Assembly: GCA_963843575.1 (NCBI GenBank)
Contig: CAWJKZ010000012.1
Location: 32,001-96,000, forward strand
DNA length: 64,000 bases
Direction: 5' to 3'
Origin: an uncultured Acidobacteriota bacterium
GTDB taxonomy: Bacteria > Acidobacteriota > UBA6911
Made by a program: the position numbers and the translations under genes. Below the pieces are notes generated by a model. It was not told the DNA's origin, ran no database searches, and worked only from the letters and a program-made list of their open reading frames with translations. How positions within the stretch are numbered: position 1 is the first letter of the stretch; each line of letters starts with the position of its first letter. Of this stretch, positions 42,276 through 52,675 are shown one piece after another.

Positions 42276-42878
42276 TTACTGCCCCGGCCGGCCCCTCTTG
42301 AGGACGTGGGTGACGCGCGCCACGCGCTCTCCCAGCTGCAAACCCTCCTCGAGGTCGGCTCGTGCGAGCGGCTGGTCCCCCTCGCCGGTTGTGGCCGTGG
42401 CCCCGAGGGACTGCCCTTCGCTCAGGACCAGCATGCGGTTGCCCAGCATCGCGCCGAGGATGCCGAGCAGGGTCAGCTCTTTTCCGCTGGCCACCCCGCC
42501 GCCGGTCGTGAAGGCGGCCCCCACCTTGTCCCTCATCTGGAATTGCGGCGGCGCAATCTTGCATTCGTTGGTGAAGCGGTCAAAGAACGCCTTGATCTCG
42601 GCCGACATGTTGGACCAGTACACGGGCGAGCCGACCACGAGGGCGTCCGTGGCCAGCAGTTCCTGGCACGTGACCTTCCCCGGGGCCCGGACCTGGACCT
42701 CGGTGCCGGGCACCCGGCGCGCACCCTGTTCGACGGCCCGGGCCAGGGCTTCCGTGTGGCCCTTCACGGAATGATAGACAATCAGGAGGTTGACCGTTTC
42801 CGTGCTCGCCTGCGGGTTCGCGCTCCCCGCGGCCAGACCGATCAGCACAGGGACCAGCACCGCCAGCCTCGGCTTCAT
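42276..42878 (-). CDS. WrbA/flavodoxin-like protein with a signal peptide
   Basis: YHSVKGHTEALA, GSPVYWSNM, KVGAAFTTGG; hydrophobic N-terminus. Confidence 0.8.
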   Translation of the reverse strand: MKPRLAVLVPVLIGLAAGSANPQASTETVNLLIVYHSVKGHTEALARAVEQGARRVPGTEVQVRAPGKVTCQELLATDALVVGSPVYWSNMSAEIKAFFDRFTNECKIAPPQFQMRDKVGAAFTTGGGVASGKELTLLGILGAMLGNRMLVLSEGQSLGATATTGEGDQPLARADLEEGLQLGERVARVTHVLKRGRPGQ

Positions 42879-42955
42879 AGCTCCTCCAGTTCTCACTGAC
42901 ACCTGCTCCAGTCCCGTCGCTTGAAGGTGCGCTCCGGAGCGGACCTCAAAGGTAA

Positions 42956-43195
42956 GGGCTCGCGCAAGAATAATTTCACATTTTGCTGACGGCTCCCGAG
43001 CCAACAGATCCTACTGCAAGCAACGATAGGAGATTGCTTTTAGCGGAGCCGTCGGCCCTCCGGGGCGCGGCGGCGGGCGGGCATCTGCGGCGTTGCCGCA
43101 CCTCGACGATGTCCCCACATCGCCTGCGTCGCGGCGCCTGGCATCTGCCCGCCCGGCGCTCGCGCCAAAATGTGAACTTATTCTTGCGCGCGTCC
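42956..43195. mobile_element. 240-bp MITE, family A copy 2 (inverted)
   Basis: TAA-GGGCTCGCGCAAGAAT...ATTCTTGCGCGCGTCC-TAA; reverse-complement match to 9822-10061. Confidence 0.85.
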
Positions 43196-43205
43196 TAAGT
43201 AGTTC

Positions 43206-44483
43206 TCAACTGCGCCTTGCGGGCTCGGCGAGGAACTCGCGCATCAAGCGCGCGGTCGAGCGGGGCAGGTCCACCTCGACGCGAATTCCGTCACCCTCGT
43301 AATACTCCGACCGCACCCGTCCGCCTGCGTGCAGCTTCGACACCAGCCCGGACCGGGCGTAAGGGATCTTGAGCTCCACCCGGATGGTAAACGCGTCCAG
43401 CGCCTCCACGACGCTCTCCACCAGGGCGTCGAGACCCGTCCCCAGCCTGGCCGAGATCAGGGTCGCGCACCCGGCGGGCGCCTGGTTGGGCGAGAGCTTA
43501 TCCGCCTTGTTGCACACGTCGATCGTGGGCGTGTTCTGGACGCCCAGCTCGTTGAGCACGTCGCGCACGGCGGCGGCCTGGTCGCGCCAGTTGGCGCTGC
43601 TCACGTCGATGACATGCAGCAGGAGGTCCGCCGCCCGCACCTCTTCGAGGGTGGCGCGGAAGGCGGCGATGATGTCGTGGGGCAGCTTGCGCACAAAGCC
43701 GACGGTATCGGAGATGATCACATCCAGGGAGTTGGGCAGGGTGACTTTGCGCAACAGCGGGTCGAGCGTGGCGAACAGCTGGCTGCTCTCAACGGTCTCG
43801 GCGCGGGTCAGTGCATTGAACAGGGTCGATTTGCCGGCGTTGGTGTATCCGACCAGGGCGATGATCGGGAGGGGGACTCCCTGTCGTTTCGCGCGCTGCA
43901 AGGTCCGGTGGGTGGCGACGCGGTCCAGGTCCCGCCGGAGCAGGGCGATCCGGTTGCGGATGCGTCGTCGATCCATCTCCAACTTGGTTTCACCGGGGCC
44001 GCGCGTCCCGATGCCGCCTCCCAGACGCGACAACATGGTTCCCTTCCCCGACAGGCGCGGCAGGAGGTAGTTGAGCTGGGCCAGTTCCACCTGCAGCTTG
44101 CCTTCGCGCGTCCGAGCTCGACGGGCGAAGATATCGAGGATGAGCTGGGTCCTGTCCAGGATCTTGCACTCGGCCTTGTTCTCCAGATGGCGTTGCTGGC
44201 CGGGCGAAAGCTCCTCGTCGAAGATGAGCAGGTCGAGCGACTCCGCTTTGACGATCTCGCGGAGTTCCTCGGCCTTGCCGCGCCCGACGAAGTAGGCGGG
44301 ATCCGGGGCCGGGCGCTCCTGCAGGGCCTCGATCAGCACCGTCGCACCCGCGGCTTCGGCAAGCGCGCGCAGCTCCTCGAGGGACTCCTCGGCCCGGGTC
44401 CGCTCCCTGCTGCTGAAAAACACACCCACGACTCCGGCCCGCTCGGACGGAAGGCGCGTGGATACGGCACGGCGATGCGTCAA
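43206..44483 (-). CDS. hflX: GTPase HflX
   Basis: DRTQLILDIFA, GIGTRGPGETKLE, GYTNAGKST, FATLD, DTVGF, NKAD. Confidence 0.95.
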   Translation of the reverse strand: MTHRRAVSTRLPSERAGVVGVFFSSRERTRAEESLEELRALAEAAGATVLIEALQERPAPDPAYFVGRGKAEELREIVKAESLDLLIFDEELSPGQQRHLENKAECKILDRTQLILDIFARRARTREGKLQVELAQLNYLLPRLSGKGTMLSRLGGGIGTRGPGETKLEMDRRRIRNRIALLRRDLDRVATHRTLQRAKRQGVPLPIIALVGYTNAGKSTLFNALTRAETVESSQLFATLDPLLRKVTLPNSLDVIISDTVGFVRKLPHDIIAAFRATLEEVRAADLLLHVIDVSSANWRDQAAAVRDVLNELGVQNTPTIDVCNKADKLSPNQAPAGCATLISARLGTGLDALVESVVEALDAFTIRVELKIPYARSGLVSKLHAGGRVRSEYYEGDGIRVEVDLPRSTARLMREFLAEPARRS

Positions 44484-44534
44484 TCTGTATTTCCCTCGAT
44501 CTGCCCGACCGTTTGGCGGCAGTTGGACTCAATG

Positions 44535-44576
44535 GCGACCGCAAACTGCGTCCGGGCTGAAGCCCGGACCCACTTG
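44535..44576. repeat. Half REP doublet
   Basis: gcgaccgcaaactgcgtccgggctgaagcccggacccacttg. Confidence 0.8.
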
Positions 44577-44583
44577 TTGTTTT

Positions 44584-44805
44584 TCAGGCCGGCGGCTCCG
44601 GAGGGGCGGCCTCGGGCCGTGGGGCCGGTTTGCCCGCCTGGTCGAAGCCACCCAGGCCGCGGCAGTTTGCGCACTTCCCGCTACCGTGCGGGAAACAGGA
44701 CGTGCACGGCTTCCCCTTTTGCAGCGCGAGGCGCCCGGTCCCTTTGCAGACGTGGCAGATCCCGGTCCCCTTGCAGTGAGAGCACTTGCGATACGTCTCG
44801 GTCAT
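44584..44805 (-). CDS. Small protein with DnaJ-type CxxCxGxG zinc-finger repeats
   Basis: CSHCKGTG, CHVCKGTG, CTSC..HGSG, CANCRGLG. Confidence 0.75.
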   Translation of the reverse strand: MTETYRKCSHCKGTGICHVCKGTGRLALQKGKPCTSCFPHGSGKCANCRGLGGFDQAGKPAPRPEAAPPEPPA

Positions 44806-44824
44806 TCGATTCTCCCGCCCCTGG

Positions 44825-45646
44825 TTATGTCTGGCAGCCGGGGCAATAGTACGAACTTCGATTCCCCTGCCGCAGCCTGCGGATCCCTGATCGGCACCGC
44901 CGGCACGGTTCACCCTCGCGCTGAAAGACGCGCAGGTAGCTCTGGTGCGACCCGCGCTCCCCTCCGGGATCCATGAAGTCGGAAAACGTGGTTCCCCGGT
45001 GCCCGATCGCGGCGCGCAAGACCCTTCGCACCGCCCGCGCCAGCTGCGCCACTTCCTGCGTGGTCAGGGTGCGGCACCGTCGCCCCGGATGCACGCCCGC
45101 GTGATAGAGCACCTCGCACGCGTAGATGTTCCCCAGCCCGGCGATCCGCTTCTGGTCGAGGAGGAACAACTTGATCTCCTGGCCGCTGTCGCGCAGCTGG
45201 CCTCCCAGCCAGGTCGCGCTGAACCCCGGCCCCAGCGGATTCCGCCCCAGGCATTTTAACTCGGGTATGTCCCGGAGCGCGTCGACTTCGTACGCGGAGA
45301 GAAGGCCGAACCTGCGGTGGTCGGTGTAGTGGAGTTCGGTCCCGTCGCGGAAGTGCAGGATGGCATGCGTGTGGCTGGCCGCCCCGGCCGCGTTGTTTCG
45401 GACAAAGATGCGCCCGCTCATCCCGAGGTGAATGAGCAGAAACAGACGCGGTTCGAGCTCGGCGATCAGGTACTTGCCCCGGCGATGAATCCGCACGAAA
45501 GTCCGGCCCCTGAGTTTCGAGGCGAAATCCGCGGCGATCGGCCGCCTGAGGGCGTGCCCCGAGAGGGTGACGGATTCGACCTGTCGCCCGATCAGCGCTT
45601 TGCGCAGGGACCTCGCGATCGTTTCGACTTCGGGCATTTCAGGCAT
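44825..45646 (-). CDS. mutM: Formamidopyrimidine-DNA glycosylase
   Basis: MPEMPEVE, RRGKYL, HLGMSG, GLGNIYACE, C-terminal zinc finger. Confidence 0.95.
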   Translation of the reverse strand: MPEMPEVETIARSLRKALIGRQVESVTLSGHALRRPIAADFASKLRGRTFVRIHRRGKYLIAELEPRLFLLIHLGMSGRIFVRNNAAGAASHTHAILHFRDGTELHYTDHRRFGLLSAYEVDALRDIPELKCLGRNPLGPGFSATWLGGQLRDSGQEIKLFLLDQKRIAGLGNIYACEVLYHAGVHPGRRCRTLTTQEVAQLARAVRRVLRAAIGHRGTTFSDFMDPGGERGSHQSYLRVFQREGEPCRRCRSGIRRLRQGNRSSYYCPGCQT

Positions 45647-45654
45647 AGGTCGTT

Positions 45655-46962
45655 TCAGTCCGCAGGCAAAACGTCCATGAACGAAGAGACGGAAAACACA
45701 GCCCGCCCCAGCCCGGCTTCGCCGTAGCCCGGCATGGGGGGAAGGCGGTGTCGGGCGCGAGCGTTGCGGTACACACGCAGGAGCCGGACGTGGTACTCGA
45801 GCGGCGCCCCCTCCTGGTTCCTCCCAAGGACGCTGAGCGGCTCCGGGCACCACGTCGTGAACCGGGGGGACACGCCGTGGCTCATGAAGAAATCCAGGCC
45901 TTCGGAGGTGGAGGCGATCGCTTCGTCGACCGTGCCGAAACCATCGGGCGCCGCCATTTCAATCCCGGCGACGAAATTCGGGATGACCCTCGATGGTCCG
46001 AACACCGTCGCCGCGTCCAGGATGCGCCGGATCCATTCGTCGCGCCCGATGGTCCGCGCCTTACCCGCGCAGTAGATCTCAAACAACCGCTTGTCCCAGA
46101 TCTCGTAGTTCGGGTGATAGATCTGAACCCCGGCGTCCCGCAGCCGGTTCACCTGGTCCTTCGGCAGCGCCTGCACCACGACCTTGCTGATCCACCTGCG
46201 CGGGAAGCGCCTCTCGATCGCTTCGGGGTAGCGGGCGTAAAACTCCACTTCGGACTTGCCCTCGAGCGTCGCAGTGATGCTCCCGCCGGTGACCGTGTAC
46301 GCTTTGCTTTCGGAGTCGGTTTCCGAGATGATCTCGAGCGCCTCTACGATCTCCGCGACCGACTTCACCGAGGTGTACGGCCGGCCGGATAGTTTCTGCT
46401 GCCGGTAATTGGCATTGATGTCGCAAAACTGGCATTCCTCCCTGGCCCCGAAATACTGGCACAGGCGAAACGCCGTCAGGTAGAGGAGGTAGCCCCACTC
46501 GATCGTGGGAGCGATGTCCATGATGGGCTTCCCGCTGGCGAGGGTGCGCCCGTAATAGGCGGGGGAATTCTGCAGTTCCACGTCGGCGACGGCCTTGCCC
46601 TCGAGCTGGAGCCGCAGCGTTCCCTCCACGCACTCTATCCGGTACGGGGAGGCCGGGTTGAGCCGCACCGAGACGACCACCGGCTGAAAACGGAAGGGCC
46701 CGCCGACCAGACGGATTTCCTCGGGCGCGCTGTTGCTCTCGTCCTGTCCCATCTGCGCGATGGGCACCATGTCGAACGAAAAGATGAAGTAAGCCTTGCG
46801 CTTGAACCCTGCCGCCACCGCCAGCGCCTCACGCGACCAACCCATGCCGCGACGCAGCAAGTCTTCCTTGAATATCGCCTCAACCGGGATGTCGGGATAG
46901 CGTTCGGCCAGATCCTCGACAGCGGCCAGAGCCCCAATTTGCGGTTTAGAACCCGAGAGCAT
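45655..46962 (-). CDS. Radical SAM protein with a Cx8Cx2C motif
   Basis: LCQYFGAREECQFCDIN, VTGGS, HPNYEIWD, NFVAGIE. Confidence 0.8.
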   Translation of the reverse strand: MLSGSKPQIGALAAVEDLAERYPDIPVEAIFKEDLLRRGMGWSREALAVAAGFKRKAYFIFSFDMVPIAQMGQDESNSAPEEIRLVGGPFRFQPVVVSVRLNPASPYRIECVEGTLRLQLEGKAVADVELQNSPAYYGRTLASGKPIMDIAPTIEWGYLLYLTAFRLCQYFGAREECQFCDINANYRQQKLSGRPYTSVKSVAEIVEALEIISETDSESKAYTVTGGSITATLEGKSEVEFYARYPEAIERRFPRRWISKVVVQALPKDQVNRLRDAGVQIYHPNYEIWDKRLFEIYCAGKARTIGRDEWIRRILDAATVFGPSRVIPNFVAGIEMAAPDGFGTVDEAIASTSEGLDFFMSHGVSPRFTTWCPEPLSVLGRNQEGAPLEYHVRLLRVYRNARARHRLPPMPGYGEAGLGRAVFSVSSFMDVLPAD

Positions 46963-47093
46963 CTGGATAATCTAACATATCTGCGAAGTGCGGCGGCCCC
47001 AACCGGTTCTTTCGCGCATAACAAGGCGCAGCCCAAGTGAGTCAGGGCTGAAGAGGTTGTCCAACGGTTGAACCGCCCGCCCTGCCCGTAAAA

Positions 47094-47203
47094 CAAGTGG
47101 GGCCGGGCTTCAGCCCGGACGTCTTTTGATCTCATCTATGTGGCGACGGGCGCACGTTATAGCGACCGCAAACAGCGTCCGGGCTGAAGCCCGAACCCAC
47201 TTG
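47094..47203. repeat. REP doublet, inverted copy of the 14175 element
   Basis: Near-exact reverse complement of 14175-14283 including the spacer. Confidence 0.9.
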
Positions 47204-47227
47204 GGTTGAGGTGGGGCGGGAGTGGCT

Positions 47228-47581
47228 CTACAGGTCGTCAACGGGACCGTCAGCCGAGCCGGTGTCTGCTTCCTGGGCCGCCTCGTCCGCGAGCTGGTCG
47301 ATGTCCTCCCCCACGTCCTCGCCCATTTCCTTCCCCATCTTCTTCATCCACCGGGCCACGCTGGAGGGATCGTTCTCATCGAGGCCGGAGAAGCTGCCGG
47401 GATCGGCCAGCGACTCGAGCCGTTTTTCCTCGGACTTGGGCATGGCGAAACGCGAGAACAGCTGCTCGAGTTCGCGGCCCTGGCAATACTTGCAGCGCGG
47501 CTCGAAGGACGACGGGGTCAGGACCAGGAAACTCATTTTTCGCCGGCACGTCAGACAGCGGTATTCATAGATAGGCATCAT
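47228..47581 (-). CDS. FmdB-family zinc-ribbon protein with an acidic tail
   Basis: MPIYEYRCLTC...CKYC...LFSRFA...ARWMKKMGKEMGED. Confidence 0.85.
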   Translation of the reverse strand: MMPIYEYRCLTCRRKMSFLVLTPSSFEPRCKYCQGRELEQLFSRFAMPKSEEKRLESLADPGSFSGLDENDPSSVARWMKKMGKEMGEDVGEDIDQLADEAAQEADTGSADGPVDDL

Positions 47582-47618
47582 CGCACCCTGTGAAAACGTG
47601 AGACTCGCACGCCGAAAC

Positions 47619-47861
47619 TCAGGCGGGGGGCGCGCCCTGGGCCGCGACCGCCTCGTCGATCTCCGCAGGATCGAAACCGACCAGTACCTTGTCGCCGATG
47701 ATAAGGGCCGGCGTGGCCATGATCTTCAGCCGCTGGAGTTCGCGGATGGCACCGGGCGTGGTGCGAATGTTGATTTCTTCGAACGGCACTCCTTTTTGCG
47801 ACAGATACTCCGTCGCGAGGTGGCAGGAGGGTCAGCCGGGTTGCGTGTATATCTTGACCAT
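47619..47861 (-). CDS. Selenocysteine-containing glutaredoxin/NrdH-like protein (UxxC); alternative start 47876
   Basis: MVKIYTQPG-TGA(47832-47834)-PSCHLATEYLSQKGVPFEEINI...ATPALIIGDKVLVGFDPAEIDEAV; stop at 47619-47621. Confidence 0.9.
47798..47816 (-). promoter_or_regulatory. Candidate SECIS hairpin
   Basis: gcgacgga-GTA-tctgtcgc stem starting 15 nt after the UGA. Confidence 0.55.
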
Positions 47862-47925
47862 TCCCGAATCCTCCATTCGATGGGTACTCCCCGGCGGCAT
47901 TTTACCATGGGATTTCCGCCCGGGT

Positions 47926-48417
47926 TCAGTCCCGGCGCCTGTAGTTCCCGCTCTTCCCGCCGCTCTTGGCGCGCAGCCGGATCCGCTCGATGGAGGCGCC
48001 GCGTTCGACGGCCTTGACCATGTCATAGAGCGTCAGCGCGGCGACGGACACGGCGGTCAGCGCCTCCATCTCGGCGCCCGTCGGGCCATGGCAGGACACG
48101 GTAGACACGAACTTCACCCCGCGGGCCTGTGGCTCCGCCTGCACGTCTACGTGTGTCAAATGGAGGGGGTGACAAAGCGGGATGAGCTCGGACGCCCGCT
48201 TGGCGGCCATGATCCCCGCGAGCCGCGCCGTCTCGATCGCGTCCCCCTTGGGCAACCGTCCTCTGGCGACGAGCCTCAGGGTATCCGCCGAAAGGCGGAC
48301 GAAGCCCTCCGCGAGGGCGCGACGCGCGGTCGCCCCTTTTTCCGAAACGTCGACCATGTGCGCCCGGCCCTCCGCGTCGAGGTGGCTCAATGACTGCGAT
48401 GGCTTGCGTCTGCTCAT
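47926..48417 (-). CDS. moaC: Cyclic pyranopterin monophosphate synthase
   Basis: LSHLD...[34 protein letters not shown]. Confidence 0.95.
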   Translation of the reverse strand: MSRRKPSQSLSHLDAEGRAHMVDVSEKGATARRALAEGFVRLSADTLRLVARGRLPKGDAIETARLAGIMAAKRASELIPLCHPLHLTHVDVQAEPQARGVKFVSTVSCHGPTGAEMEALTAVSVAALTLYDMVKAVERGASIERIRLRAKSGGKSGNYRRRD

Positions 48418-48425
48418 AGGGTCGG

Positions 48426-49649
48426 TCACCCGCGCCGGCGCTGGAAAAAATCGGGGAGGAGCATGGCTTCCACGGTCTCGCCCTGATCCATCGAGGCCCG
48501 CTCGCCCGGGAAAATGACCGTGGCGTTGCCGCGCGCGAACCCGATGATGTCCCCCGATCCGCGCCACTTCACGGGGTCCACCGTCCAGGTATCCTTCTCG
48601 AGTGTGACCCACGCCGGCAGGAACGCGGTGCGGCCCGGGAGCTGTCGCATCCCGCGGGTCAGTGTCCCCCGGATTCTCGGCAGGTCCGGGTTGGCCAGGC
48701 CGCACAGCCGTCCAAGTGCCGGGCGGACGAAGTTCTCGAACGCGACGAAGGACGACACGGGATTGCCCGGCAGTCCGAACACCAGCTTACCCGTTGCGGT
48801 AGCGAAGACGGTCGGCTTCCCCGGTTTCATCGAGACCCGGTCGAAACGGATCTGCAGGCCGCACTCGGCAAAGGTGGCTTTGACCAGATCGTATTCTCCC
48901 ATCGACACGCCGCCGGTCGCCAGGAGGACGTCAGATTTCAGCCCCTCCTGGATCCGGGCGCGCAGGTGCTTCCGTTCGTCGCGGGCGATGCCGAGGTACT
49001 CGGGGCATATGCCCAGCGTGGCCAGCTGCCCGCGCAGCGAGAACGCATTCGAGTTCCGGATCTGCCCGGGCCCCGGGGTCTGCCCCGGCTCCACGAGCTC
49101 GTCTCCGGTCACGAGGACGGCCACCGTCGGACGCGCCCAGACGGGTACGCGCGCCCAGCCGAAGATCGCAAGGACAGCCATTTCGGCGGCGCCGATGATG
49201 CGCCCGGGCTCGATCAGGACGTCGCCTTCGAGGGCTTCGTGTCCTGCGGGCGTGACGTTGTCCCCGGGGGCCACGGCCTTCAGGATTACCACGGAGCCGG
49301 CCGCCTCCCCCGGCCGGGTCTGCTCGACCATCTGAACGGCGTCGGCGCCTTCGGGAACGGGTGCGCCCGTGTAGATCGCCATCGCCTCGCCCGCCGCCAC
49401 GGCCCGCGGCGGTTCCGTCCCGGCTCGCACCTCGCCGACGATACGGAGGGTGGCCGGGAGGACCGCGAGGTCTTCCGAGCGAAGCGCAAAACCGTCCATC
49501 GCCGAACGCCGGAATGGCGGCACATTCGACGTGGCGACGACGGACGTCGCCAGGACCCTGCCCGCGGCCTCCCGCAAGGGCACTTCCTCGAAACGGCGCT
49601 CCGGCAGGTTGCCGAGGACGATTTCCCTGGCCTGTTCGATCGTGATCAC
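48426..49649 (-). CDS. moeA: Molybdopterin molybdotransferase
   Basis: [38 protein letters not shown]. Confidence 0.95.
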   Translation of the reverse strand: MITIEQAREIVLGNLPERRFEEVPLREAAGRVLATSVVATSNVPPFRRSAMDGFALRSEDLAVLPATLRIVGEVRAGTEPPRAVAAGEAMAIYTGAPVPEGADAVQMVEQTRPGEAAGSVVILKAVAPGDNVTPAGHEALEGDVLIEPGRIIGAAEMAVLAIFGWARVPVWARPTVAVLVTGDELVEPGQTPGPGQIRNSNAFSLRGQLATLGICPEYLGIARDERKHLRARIQEGLKSDVLLATGGVSMGEYDLVKATFAECGLQIRFDRVSMKPGKPTVFATATGKLVFGLPGNPVSSFVAFENFVRPALGRLCGLANPDLPRIRGTLTRGMRQLPGRTAFLPAWVTLEKDTWTVDPVKWRGSGDIIGFARGNATVIFPGERASMDQGETVEAMLLPDFFQRRRG

Positions 49650-49683
49650 AGGAACCTTCCAGCCGGATGTCGGGAGCGCGCGC

Positions 49684-52095
49684 TCAAGACTTCTGCTCCG
49701 GTTCGCGGGCGAAGTCCTTCATCTTTTCGGCGTACGACTGCAGTTTTTTCTCGACCAGATAGTGCACGCTCCCTTCGGGATATCGCCCGTCCACGCGCGC
49801 GCCCGCAGGGACGCCGGTCAGCAACTCGATCCCCTGGTCGACGGTCTTGACGGCGTAGATGTGAAAGCAGCCGCCTCGCACGGCTTCGACGACGTCCGGG
49901 CGGAGCATCAGGTTGCGCGCGTTTTGCCCGGGTATCATGACGCCCTGTTCCCCCGTCAGGCCGCCGTCCTTGCAGACGTCGAAAAAACCCTCGATCTTCT
50001 GGTTGACGCCGCCGATGGGCTGGATCTCTCCGTGCTGGTTGACCGACCCCGTCACCGCGATGCCCTGCCGGAGCGGCAACCCGGAGAGACTGGAGAGGAT
50101 TGCATAGATCTCGGTCGACGAGGCGCTGTCGCCGTCCACCCCTTCGTACGACTGCTCAAAGCAGAGGCTGGCGGACAGCGTGAGCGGCCGCTCCTGCGCA
50201 TACTTGGCCCCCAGGTAACCGCCCAGGATGAGCACCCCCTTTTCGTAGATCCTGCCGCTCATCTTGGCTTCGCGCTCGATGTCGACGACCCCGGCCTTGC
50301 CCATGAACGTCTTGGCGGTGATGCGCGACGGTTTGCCAAACCGGATGTCCCCCAGGTCGAGCACCGCGAGTCCATTCACCTGTCCCACCGCGCTTCCGGT
50401 GGTGTCGACCATGATCAGTCCGCTGGTGATCATCTCGCGCACGCGGTCCTCGATCAGGTTGGACCGGAAGCACTTCTCCTCCTCCGCGCGATGCACGTGC
50501 CGCGCGGAGACGATCTCGCCGCCGTCGATTCCGGCCCAGTAGCTGGCCTCGCGCACGATGTCGGCCACGTCGCTGAAACGGGCGGAGAGCTTTTCCTGAT
50601 CGTCGATGAGCCGTGCGCCGTACTCCGCCACGGCGGCGACCGCGGAGGCGTCGAAGTGGCGCAGTCCCTCGTCGCGGCAGCGCGTGCCGATGAAGGCGGC
50701 GTAGTCCAGCAGCGCCTTTTCCGACCGGTCCATCTCGGCGTCGAAGTCGGCCTTGACCTTGAAGATCTTCCGAAACTCCTCGTCGGCCCCGTACAGCAAG
50801 TGATAGATCCACTGGTTGCCGATCATGATCACCTTGACGTCGGCCGGCACGGGGCTCGGGCTCATCCCTGCCACCGCTATGATGCCGCTCTGCTCGCCCA
50901 GGTCTTCAATCCGGACCTCTTTGTTCTTCACCGTGCGTTTCAGCGTCTCCCACACCCCGACGTTGATCAGCGCGTCGTGCGCGTTGATCACCAGGAATCC
51001 GCCGTTGGCCTTGAGGTAGGATCCCGCCCGCACTGTGCTGAAATCCGCCAGCAGGGTGCCGAACTGCGCCCGCCGCTCCACGCGGCCGAACAGGTTGTAG
51101 TAGGTGGGATTGGTCTCGATCACCACGGGAGCGCCGCGCACGTTGGTGTTGTCGACCACCACGTTCACCCTGTATTTCAAGAACAGGTCGGGCTCCGGCT
51201 CGAGCTTGAGCTGCGCGGCGGCGGAGCCCTCCTGCTTCTGCTCCTCCTGGAAGTCCTCGAGGTGCGACAGGATGTAGGCCTCGACGTCTTCGAGGTACGA
51301 GATCACCTTGGAGAGCCCTGGGTACTCTTCCCGGATGCCCTCGAGCTTGTTGCCAACCACGTAGCCGCCCACGCGCCGGTGTAGGTCGGCGACCTTCTGG
51401 CGGCTCTCTTTGTTGACCTCGCGCACCTGCCGCAGGAAGGAGTTGATCTCCTCCTGAAACTCGGCACGGCGGCGCTCGATCTCCTGCTTGGCCTGGTCGT
51501 CGAGCTGCTCGTACTGCTCGGGCGGGAGCGCCCGGCCCTGCGACAGGGGGACCAGCGTGACCCCGACCTTGGACATTTCGATCGCGAGCCCCTGCCGGCG
51601 GGCCTTCTCCGACAGCCGCTTGTAGAGCGCCTGCTGCTGCTCCTGGTTCTCCGCGATGATCGCGCCCATGCTCTGCTCGTACTCTTTCGACTCGAAGGCT
51701 TTGGGGATCTCCGCCTTCACATAGCGCACGAGCTCGTCCATTTCGCTGCGCAGCGCCTTGGCCCGGCCGGCAGGGAGGTTGATGGCGACCGGCGCGGCGG
51801 GATCGCGGAAGTTGTGCACGTAGCACCAATCGTCGGGCGTGGGCATGGTCGCGGCAATTTCGTCCAGAAACAGCTTTATGACCGTGGTCTTGCCCGTGCC
51901 GGTCAGACCGCTCACGTAGATGTTGTAGCCGGGCGAGGTGATGTCGAGCCCGAACCGGATGGCCCGGACAGGCCGGTCCTGCTCCACCAGCCCCTTGAGC
52001 GGCGGGATATCCGCCGTCGACGCGAAGGCAAAGACTGCCGGGTCGCACGTCCAGCGCAGACGATCCGCGGAAAGTTCAAGTTCGCCAGAAGACAT
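49684..52095 (-). CDS. Lon-like protease (LonC/AAA_32 type)
   Basis: GLTGTGKT, ETNPTYYNLFG, FEQSYEGVDGDSAS, QPIGGVNQKIEGFF (Ser-Lys dyad). Confidence 0.9.
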   Translation of the reverse strand: MSSGELELSADRLRWTCDPAVFAFASTADIPPLKGLVEQDRPVRAIRFGLDITSPGYNIYVSGLTGTGKTTVIKLFLDEIAATMPTPDDWCYVHNFRDPAAPVAINLPAGRAKALRSEMDELVRYVKAEIPKAFESKEYEQSMGAIIAENQEQQQALYKRLSEKARRQGLAIEMSKVGVTLVPLSQGRALPPEQYEQLDDQAKQEIERRRAEFQEEINSFLRQVREVNKESRQKVADLHRRVGGYVVGNKLEGIREEYPGLSKVISYLEDVEAYILSHLEDFQEEQKQEGSAAAQLKLEPEPDLFLKYRVNVVVDNTNVRGAPVVIETNPTYYNLFGRVERRAQFGTLLADFSTVRAGSYLKANGGFLVINAHDALINVGVWETLKRTVKNKEVRIEDLGEQSGIIAVAGMSPSPVPADVKVIMIGNQWIYHLLYGADEEFRKIFKVKADFDAEMDRSEKALLDYAAFIGTRCRDEGLRHFDASAVAAVAEYGARLIDDQEKLSARFSDVADIVREASYWAGIDGGEIVSARHVHRAEEEKCFRSNLIEDRVREMITSGLIMVDTTGSAVGQVNGLAVLDLGDIRFGKPSRITAKTFMGKAGVVDIEREAKMSGRIYEKGVLILGGYLGAKYAQERPLTLSASLCFEQSYEGVDGDSASSTEIYAILSSLSGLPLRQGIAVTGSVNQHGEIQPIGGVNQKIEGFFDVCKDGGLTGEQGVMIPGQNARNLMLRPDVVEAVRGGCFHIYAVKTVDQGIELLTGVPAGARVDGRYPEGSVHYLVEKKLQSYAEKMKDFAREPEQKS

Positions 52096-52192
52096 CCGCT
52101 TCCTCCTCACGTGGACTGGGGACCCGTCGGGTCTCCGGGTAAGCTGATCCCGGGGGATCCGAAGACGCGGGCGATCCCGGAATCGTGCCGCT

Positions 52193-52675
52193 TCAGCGCT
52201 TGTACCCTATATTTCTCAGGAAGTCCTTCCGGGCCCTGACATCGGGCTCCGTTTCCACCCCGCGCGGCGGGAAGCCGTCCACGACCCCTAGCACCCCCCG
52301 CCCCTGCTCGGTCTCGATCACGACGACCTCGAGCGGATTGGCGGTGGCGCAGAAGACCCGGCAGACCTCCGGACACCCCTTGATCGCGTTGAGCACGTTG
52401 ATGGGGAAAGCCTCTTTCAGAAGCACGACGAACGTGTGGCCGGCGCCCAGGCTCATCGCGTTCTCGGCAGCCGCCCTCTTCAGCGTCTCGTCGTTGCCCT
52501 CCACCCGGATCAGGCACGGTCCGGAAGCTTCCGAAAACGCCAGCCCGAACTGAACCTGGGGACAGCCACAAACCACGGCTTCGTAAAGGTCTTCGGCGGT
52601 CTTGATGAAGTGGCTCTGCCCGACGACGATGTTGCATCCTTCGGGGATCGAAAGTCTGACGATCTTGAGTTCCAT
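52193..52675 (-). CDS. DUF355 adenosine-specific kinase family protein
   Basis: [32 protein letters not shown]. Confidence 0.85.
   Translation of the reverse strand: MELKIVRLSIPEGCNIVVGQSHFIKTAEDLYEAVVCGCPQVQFGLAFSEASGPCLIRVEGNDETLKRAAAENAMSLGAGHTFVVLLKEAFPINVLNAIKGCPEVCRVFCATANPLEVVVIETEQGRGVLGVVDGFPPRGVETEPDVRARKDFLRNIGYKR

Noticed and set aside
47228-47861. Grx-FmdB fusion through a second read-through
   Set aside because: The Grx stop at 47619-47621 follows a complete fold and fmdB is in a different frame
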